This document shows, piece by piece, positions 57,840-64,000 of a DNA stretch of 64,000 nt. The notes below the pieces were generated by a model, which did no database searches, was not told the origin of the DNA, and saw only the letters and a program-made list of their open reading frames with translations. The stretch is from IMG/VR virus record IMGVR_UViG_3300035670_008749, positions 1-64,000 of that record; one strand, 5' to 3'. Made by a program: the position numbers and the translations under genes. Position 1 is the first letter of the stretch; each line of letters starts with the position of its first letter. This stretch comes from a virus.

Positions 57840-60419
57840 ATGGCAAATTTTTTATCGGATCTTAAAAGCGGCCCTTTGGGAAGTAAGCTAATTCCTGACG
57901 GGGATGCTCTCAAAAGAAAAGTAGACGGACAAAGAGAAACTTTCTTAAAGGGAGTATCAACTACTAAGCACGGTAAAAAAGAAGACCCCACTTATTTACA
58001 TTTTAGATTTATCTTTGATTTCGGAGAAACATCTATAATGGACCCCGAAACTTTTCTTGCGCCATCTCCATTATTTAGACCAACTGAACGCACAGCTAAT
58101 CAGGACGAAATAAACAGTTTTGCAAGAGCTAATGGAGTTGCAGAACAGGACATACCTAATTATATTAGAGCCCTAACAGAAAACGAAGCAAAATCTGGGA
58201 ATGGAAATTTTTATAGTGACACTGATTTTTTCTACGGAAGTAAATTTAAAGTAAACTCTAGAGCACAGCAGGGAGCCTTTAATATAAATGGTGGGGGTGT
58301 AGGATATATGGGTGCTCAGAGATTTCTTGCACAGAGATCGGTCAAAAGACAGCAAATGCTTGAAGCCTTTAAAAAGGGTTTAAGATTCATAAACGAAAAA
58401 TGTCCTTATTACTTCCAATCAATTAGCGGATTGGACCAGTTATTAAAGGTTGATATAAAAAATTTACATAAACCTGCAGGTAAGCCACAAAGAATGGGAA
58501 CGTTAACAATAGATTGTTTAGAATCTATTGATATGAGGATATTTTCTCTATCTGAACTTTACAGAAAAGCAATATATGACTACACATATCATCGTGTAAT
58601 GTTACCAGAGAATCTTAGAAAGTTTAGAATGTGGCTAGTTGTTTCTGAGATTAGAAACATCCAAATGAGCTACGGAATAAACGATATTCTGAATCCTTTT
58701 TCTATTCCTTCGGTTGCACAAGCAGCAAATTTCGTAGACAGCTTTAATAGTCAAACCGGATTTTTAGACAATACCGGAGGACTACTACAAAAATCTACAA
58801 ACGCTTTAGGTATAACCCAAGAACAGCCAGAGGACAAGTTTGGATCATACACTTTAGGACCATATGCTTTCATTTATCAATTTGATCAATGTGAATTTGA
58901 TTTTGATGATTCGTATCCATCTTTCAGTTCAATAGATAATAAAGGAGGATCTGCTGTTACTAATAAATTTAAGATACACGTAGGAAGAGTTAAGGATTAC
59001 AAAATACAATTTAATGCTCTGTCTGACGTTATAAAGAAAGAAGACAACATAAAATCCATGGTTCTTTCCGATGTATGGGGATCTAAAACAAGTGGATATA
59101 CCAACTACGACTATACAGGAACTGAGGGATTAAATCCAGTTACTTTTGATGATAAAGCTAATCCTGCTGAATACTTTGCTAGCTTAGCTGCTAATTTTAT
59201 AACTAACAGTGTGGCTGATCTAAAAGACCAAGGTGTACAATTATTACAGGGAGCTTTATTGGGTAACATTTATGGGTTGGGTGGTATTAACGTTGGTGCT
59301 GCAACGAGGAATGTTCAATCCCTAGTTAATACGTTAAAAGAAGGAATACCAAACCCTTTTGCTGATAACACACCACAGGCACAGGGTCTAGGTGGACCGG
59401 ATCAGAGACAATATCCAACTATTAATGAAGATGCTTATCTTGGAGTTCCTAACCCTAATCAACAAAATCTAGGAACTGCATATAATAACCAAACGGGAAC
59501 ACCTGGAACTGCTAGCGGAGATGTGTATTCTAACAATCCGGGTTCAGATTTAGGATTACCTGATAGACAATATCCCGTTCCTGGTGGTGATGAATATAAG
59601 AACGTACCTGGTTCAGATTCAGGCGTACCTGGAAGAGTATATCCTACGATAGAACAAGATATCTACACTACTAATCCTGGAGCAGATGCGGGATTGCCGG
59701 ATAGACAATATCCAACATCACAAAGTGATGAGTATAATGATGTACCAGGAAATAGCTTAGGTGTACCTGGTAGGATTTATCCAGAGCCAAACGACGATGC
59801 TTACGAGAACAACCCTGGATCCGATTTAGGTCTTCCGGAGCGCCAATATCCTCAAGTAAATGACGACGCTTATTCTGATCCTTCTGTGGTGGATACTAGC
59901 AACATTGGAAGTGTTTACCCAGATCCTAATAACACTTATGGGAATTTAAGCGACAAGGAATATGATGAACCACAAAAAGTTGTTCCTGAAAATATAGGCG
60001 ATGTATATCCGGAAACAGTTAACAGCTATGGTAATTTGAATGATAAAGAATATGCGGAGCCTAGATCTTCTTCTACTGAAAATATAGGGGATGTTTACGA
60101 GAGTACAGAGAATAAATACCCGGGATTGAACGAGAAGGTTTATGTAAATTCAGCTCCGAGAGAGGAAAACTTAGGGGAAGTATATAAGGATACTAAAAAT
60201 GAATATCCTAGTGTTAATGATGCTTCATATGATCTTCCATCTAATGTCAATAACATATTAAATGATGATGTTTATAAAAGTGTACCTGGGAGCGATTTAG
60301 GAACTCCTGGAAGAAATTACGAATCTATAAACGAATCTCTATATAGGAGATCAAATGGACCTATCAATATATCTAATATAGGAAGAGTATATCCTACTAC
60401 AGGAAATGAAAACAATTAG
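57840..60419 (+). CDS. Putative tail/baseplate structural protein with C-terminal Pro/Tyr/Asp repeats
   Basis: Baseplate context; N-terminal beta-rich domain, repetitive C-terminal third. Confidence 0.55.
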   Translation: MANFLSDLKSGPLGSKLIPDGDALKRKVDGQRETFLKGVSTTKHGKKEDPTYLHFRFIFDFGETSIMDPETFLAPSPLFRPTERTANQDEINSFARANGVAEQDIPNYIRALTENEAKSGNGNFYSDTDFFYGSKFKVNSRAQQGAFNINGGGVGYMGAQRFLAQRSVKRQQMLEAFKKGLRFINEKCPYYFQSISGLDQLLKVDIKNLHKPAGKPQRMGTLTIDCLESIDMRIFSLSELYRKAIYDYTYHRVMLPENLRKFRMWLVVSEIRNIQMSYGINDILNPFSIPSVAQAANFVDSFNSQTGFLDNTGGLLQKSTNALGITQEQPEDKFGSYTLGPYAFIYQFDQCEFDFDDSYPSFSSIDNKGGSAVTNKFKIHVGRVKDYKIQFNALSDVIKKEDNIKSMVLSDVWGSKTSGYTNYDYTGTEGLNPVTFDDKANPAEYFASLAANFITNSVADLKDQGVQLLQGALLGNIYGLGGINVGAATRNVQSLVNTLKEGIPNPFADNTPQAQGLGGPDQRQYPTINEDAYLGVPNPNQQNLGTAYNNQTGTPGTASGDVYSNNPGSDLGLPDRQYPVPGGDEYKNVPGSDSGVPGRVYPTIEQDIYTTNPGADAGLPDRQYPTSQSDEYNDVPGNSLGVPGRIYPEPNDDAYENNPGSDLGLPERQYPQVNDDAYSDPSVVDTSNIGSVYPDPNNTYGNLSDKEYDEPQKVVPENIGDVYPETVNSYGNLNDKEYAEPRSSSTENIGDVYESTENKYPGLNEKVYVNSAPREENLGEVYKDTKNEYPSVNDASYDLPSNVNNILNDDVYKSVPGSDLGTPGRNYESINESLYRRSNGPINISNIGRVYPTTGNENN
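59380..60410 (+). repeat. 23-aa repeats (D.Y.N.PG.DLG.P.R.YP) followed by ~28-aa repeats (NIG.VYP...N.Y.NL.DKEY)
   Basis: Seen in the translation of 57840..60419. Confidence 0.8.
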
Positions 60420-60436
60420 TAATATTTAGGTATAAT
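60408..60436 (+). promoter_or_regulatory. Class B promoter-like motif GAAA-N19-TATAAT
   Basis: Ends 5 nt before ATG 60442. Confidence 0.45.
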
Positions 60437-60441
60437 TAAAA

Positions 60442-61347
60442 ATGGGATTAGTAGACAGAAATAAACTAGAGAAACCTAATACGGAGATATCACATTATCT
60501 TGGTGTAGTTGTGGATAATAAAGATCCAGAATTTAAAGGAAGGGCTAAAGTTCGTGTATTTGGTATTTTTGATGAGCTAGCTGATGCTGATCTTCCTTGG
60601 TCACATCAGAGATTTGAACAAAGCTACGGTTTGGGCGGGGGATCTGGAAGAATATCAGTGCCTAAATTAGGATCTGTAGTTCATGTTCAATTTAACAACG
60701 GAAACTATTACAGTCCGGAATATAAAGCAGTACAGGAACTATCTCCTGATTTAATAGATGAAATTAGAGCTAGTTACGACGGAGCGCATTCTTTAATCTA
60801 TGATGGTATAGAAAGATTGAAGATGTATTATACTGTAGAGAAAGGATTAGTAATAGATTTAAAGGAGTCTAAGATAATAATAAGAAACGATAATTCCATA
60901 CTAATCACACATGCTGATGACACTGCATCGATTGAACTTAAAGGTGGTAAGATAACTAAGTATGCTGACCAAGAAATAGAAAACACTGCGGTAACTAGAA
61001 TTAAGCACAGCTCCGAAGAGGTTTGGATGGATGGAAAAACTACCAATCTAGGTCACTCACCTTTATTCTCAGCAGTTTGTGCGGAACCTTTATGGGATTT
61101 CTTAAAAAAATTAGCTATATCAGTCGATAGTAAAATGCCAGCTACACCAGGGGTTAATTCAACTTTAGCATCTAGCTTCGAACAATTAGCAACAAGTCAG
61201 ACCGTGAGGGTTACTAGAGAAAATGCTCCAGACTTTCCGACCGTACCTGCTGATGCTAACTCTCCTGTTGGTATACCTAATACAGGAACATCAGGAACAT
61301 CAGGCACCAGTGGAACATCAGGAACTAGCGGAATAACTGGAGTATGA
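60442..61347 (+). CDS. Baseplate central spike, gp5/gpV OB-fold, no lysozyme domain, GTS-repeat tail
   Basis: YLGVVVDNKDP...GR.KVRV, LPW, VPKLGSVV.V.F.NG. Confidence 0.85.
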   Translation: MGLVDRNKLEKPNTEISHYLGVVVDNKDPEFKGRAKVRVFGIFDELADADLPWSHQRFEQSYGLGGGSGRISVPKLGSVVHVQFNNGNYYSPEYKAVQELSPDLIDEIRASYDGAHSLIYDGIERLKMYYTVEKGLVIDLKESKIIIRNDNSILITHADDTASIELKGGKITKYADQEIENTAVTRIKHSSEEVWMDGKTTNLGHSPLFSAVCAEPLWDFLKKLAISVDSKMPATPGVNSTLASSFEQLATSQTVRVTRENAPDFPTVPADANSPVGIPNTGTSGTSGTSGTSGTSGITGV

Positions 61348-61348
61348 T

Positions 61349-64000
61349 ATGGCAGGAAGTATAGAATCTAGAATAGATGATTTATTAGGCAAGGATTTTT
61401 CCGAGATGTCTACCGAGGAGATATTAAATATAATATCCGGTGGAAGTGATTTTAATATTCCCTATGAAGATCTACAATCTAAAGAAGGATTCGAAAAAGA
61501 GTTAGATAAAAGCCAAAAAGAAGTTAACTCTATTATAGAAAGTTTAAATCCGCAAAAGCCGCCTATTCCTATAAAAGATATAGAAGATCTTTCTTGTAAT
61601 TATGAAGGCGATGATTTATATAGCAGGATAATTTTAGAAACGCTCAAAAGGGAAGATATTAAGCTGTATAATGAACTTTTGGAGTCTGATGAATACAAAG
61701 GTAATCTACCTGTTTCGGAAAGAGATCTAGGGGTAAAAATAGCGGGTAATAGGGATCTTGGATTTTCTAAAAAGATACCTTCAGAAGGAATTACAAAATA
61801 TCTTAGAAGCAAAAATCCTGAATTTTTAGAAAAAACAAACGAAAAAATATTTGATAATCTGGATCCTTTGTTATTGGGTAAACCTTCTAATTCTGGATCT
61901 AGAAAGAAAAGAAAAATGAATGTATTGGGATTTGAAATTCCTTTACAATTTATAATGAACGGAACTCAAATAGTTCACGTTAAAATTGGTGATGGGGAAA
62001 TAAACTTAGACGGTGCCCTAGAAAAAATAAACAGCATTCTAAAAACACAGAATAGCAATACTAATCCCTGTGATTTCAAAGACGTCGACGAAAATACATC
62101 CTCTGAAAGAATAGATGCTTTTGATGCTAACTTTTATCCCGACGGAGACGACCCAATAATAGATGATGACTGTTTACCAGGTATACCGGAAGATCCTATA
62201 ACTGGCGATCCTATTCTAACAAAATCTAGTTTTGATGAAACATTGGAAGATTTTTGTGATCCTCCGGTCTACGAATTTAAAAGAGAGGAAGTTAATGATC
62301 CCGAACCTCCTAGCGTGGATGTTGATGCTATAGATGCCTGTGTTTCTTCAGCTTTGGATGCAGGTAAAAAATTAGAAGAGGACGTAAAACTTTTAGCTAG
62401 ATGGCAAATGATAGAGAGAAATCTAGAGGAGATACTTTATCACTATGAAGCTATATACGAATATCAAAAATCATTGTATGATAATTGGCTTTCAAGAGTA
62501 CCAAAAAACGAGGGAGGAGATCCCACCGATCTTCAAATTGGAATTTCTATATTGACCTATAGGGATCAGATTTCTATATACCAGAAAGAGTTAATAGATC
62601 AGATACAGAAATACAACAACGATAAGACTATATTTCTTGAGAATAATAACATATTCACTGAAGAGCTATTTCTTTTAGATGTTTATGCTACTGAACTAAG
62701 TGATAGTGATACTGAACAGCTTTTTAATGATCAAATAAATGCCGGATTATCTCCTGTTACATATAATGATTCCACGCAATCTTGGCCTGTTACCGAAGCG
62801 GTTCTTAGATTTAAAGAAAACGTAGAGGACATAAGATCTATCATGATAGAAGGCAACTTTATATCTGTTATAGAAAATAAAATACAAGAAACACAGGATC
62901 TACTAGAAGCGGCGACATCAACACTAGCACAAAGAAAAGATGCTCCTGTTTCAGTAGAAGATGTAGAGAAATCTTTTCTTCCTTCGAATACTGCTACCTC
63001 AGATGTTTATGGACAGGGGAATTCTGCTCTAAACATAAACGAGAGAGTTTTTAAAAGTCCTTTACAACTAAGTTTAACAACCGAGTCATATGCTTATGAT
63101 TCTTATGGATATGATTTCTTAGAAGCACTAAAAGAATTTTCAGTAAGATACAAAACAAACTTTGTTAAATCTAGAGGGGAATTGCAATTTGAGTTATCAT
63201 TTGTTAGCGACTATGGATTTCCTTTACCATACAAAAAAACAAAAAAACCTGCTAAGATAAGTTTTAAGGGTGCTTCCTCTGAGCCTCTATCTGAAGTAAC
63301 TGAACCAGACGAAGAAAAAATAAAAATAGGAAATGAACACGCAGAAAACGGTGGTTTACTTAGTAATTATTCCCCCGAGTATCTAAAGTCTTATCAGTTC
63401 TTAAAAATTAACAATATAAGAACCGGATTTCCCGATGTAGCTAAATTCTATGATTTTATAGAAAAGATAATAAAAAAGAATGACTCTAAGGAAAGCATAA
63501 TTGAAAAAATAGTTGAAGAACGTGGAATACTATATGGAAATCTCATAGAGAAGTCGTCTTCTAATTGGTTATTTTTTACTGCGGAAGAAAGAGGAGATAA
63601 TGATGCTAGGGATCCTTCTAAAACAAGGCCAGCTGGTTTTACCTCAGAAGGAGAGCCCACACCGGTATTTACAGATTTCTATAGTAATTTTAAAACTAAA
63701 TGGAATGCTAAATATCTAGAGAATAAAAATCTGTACGTAAATCCTGCTTTACAAAATCTTAGAACGCAAGCTATTAAAGCTGGAGAGGGATTAGCAAAGA
63801 CATTACCCGCTTCCGATGTTATAGGTATTAGAATTTTAGAAAACTATTTAGATGTAAAAAAGAAATATGAGCAGATAAAGGAAATTATGCTTCTTTCTGC
63901 ACAGAAAATAAGTGAGATAAACGAGACGATTAGTCCAGAGAATGTAGGTAAAAGATTTTCTGATATAAAATGTGCAGGAGCTAACACACCCCCTGCGGAT
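61349..64000 (+). CDS. Large hypothetical (likely structural) protein, 3'-truncated by the window
   Basis: ATG 1 nt after the spike stop (MAGSIESRIDDLLGK...). The frame reads open where spot-checked, to ...DIKCAGANTPPAD at the window end; probably absent from the track because it has no stop. Confidence 0.75.
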   Translation, partial: MAGSIESRIDDLLGKDFSEMSTEEILNIISGGSDFNIPYEDLQSKEGFEKELDKSQKEVNSIIESLNPQKPPIPIKDIEDLSCNYEGDDLYSRIILETLKREDIKLYNELLESDEYKGNLPVSERDLGVKIAGNRDLGFSKKIPSEGITKYLRSKNPEFLEKTNEKIFDNLDPLLLGKPSNSGSRKKRKMNVLGFEIPLQFIMNGTQIVHVKIGDGEINLDGALEKINSILKTQNSNTNPCDFKDVDENTSSERIDAFDANFYPDGDDPIIDDDCLPGIPEDPITGDPILTKSSFDETLEDFCDPPVYEFKREEVNDPEPPSVDVDAIDACVSSALDAGKKLEEDVKLLARWQMIERNLEEILYHYEAIYEYQKSLYDNWLSRVPKNEGGDPTDLQIGISILTYRDQISIYQKELIDQIQKYNNDKTIFLENNNIFTEELFLLDVYATELSDSDTEQLFNDQINAGLSPVTYNDSTQSWPVTEAVLRFKENVEDIRSIMIEGNFISVIENKIQETQDLLEAATSTLAQRKDAPVSVEDVEKSFLPSNTATSDVYGQGNSALNINERVFKSPLQLSLTTESYAYDSYGYDFLEALKEFSVRYKTNFVKSRGELQFELSFVSDYGFPLPYKKTKKPAKISFKGASSEPLSEVTEPDEEKIKIGNEHAENGGLLSNYSPEYLKSYQFLKINNIRTGFPDVAKFYDFIEKIIKKNDSKESIIEKIVEERGILYGNLIEKSSSNWLFFTAEERGDNDARDPSKTRPAGFTSEGEPTPVFTDFYSNFKTKWNAKYLENKNLYVNPALQNLRTQAIKAGEGLAKTLPASDVIGIRILENYLDVKKKYEQIKEIMLLSAQKISEINETISPENVGKRFSDIKCAGANTPPAD

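Noticed and set aside
1568-63660. Numerous short antisense or nested ORFs in the track (e.g. 19391..19810, 33557..34003, 55976..56452)
   Set aside because: They lie within or opposite well-supported genes and have Ser/Leu/Phe-rich antisense composition with no motifs.
1-64000. Eukaryotic giant virus or bacterial O-antigen locus as the source
   Set aside because: T4-type gp21/gp23/gp5/gp53-like genes, overlapping operons and an intrinsic terminator indicate a tailed phage.
1-64000. Stop-codon reassignment, tRNAs, introns/inteins, mobile elements
   Set aside because: Genes are full length in code 11 and use TAA, TAG and TGA as stops; intergenic gaps are short; no tRNA, intein, homing endonuclease or transposase motifs were recognised by eye.

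Overview
An AT-rich, densely coded segment of a large T4-like (probably jumbo) myophage, read in standard code 11. The host may be Bacteroidota: there are no Shine-Dalgarno motifs and one TAnnTTTG element. Layout, left to right: (1) the 3' part of a fibre gene with more than 80 Gly-Ser/Thr-Ser collagen-like triplets, then fibre/lectin modules (1-6.6 kb). (2) Glycan cluster 1, led by a GT4 + TibC/AAH-type protein O-glycosyltransferase + methyltransferase fusion (6.6-15.7 kb). (3) DNA repair genes: a degenerate UvsE, a strongly NEIL1-like glycosylase and a 3'-5' exonuclease. (4) Head module: gp21-like protease fused to a 14-aa repeat scaffold, gp23-like major capsid protein, and many putative internal proteins carrying a T4 capsid-targeting-like motif (18-37 kb). 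A dNMP kinase/AsnB pair and a RimK-protease fusion beside a poly-Asp/Glu protein also lie here. (5) Glycan cluster 2: GT6, GT11, gmd, fcl, kdsD, kdsA, several GTs and many methyltransferases (37.5-51.8 kb). (6) Baseplate genes (53.7-64 kb). Two promoter-like motif classes are visible: GATATATA and GAAA-N19-TAWAAW. The best candidate new system is phage-encoded O-glycosylation of Ser-rich virion proteins. All family calls come from motif recognition by eye; no searches were run.
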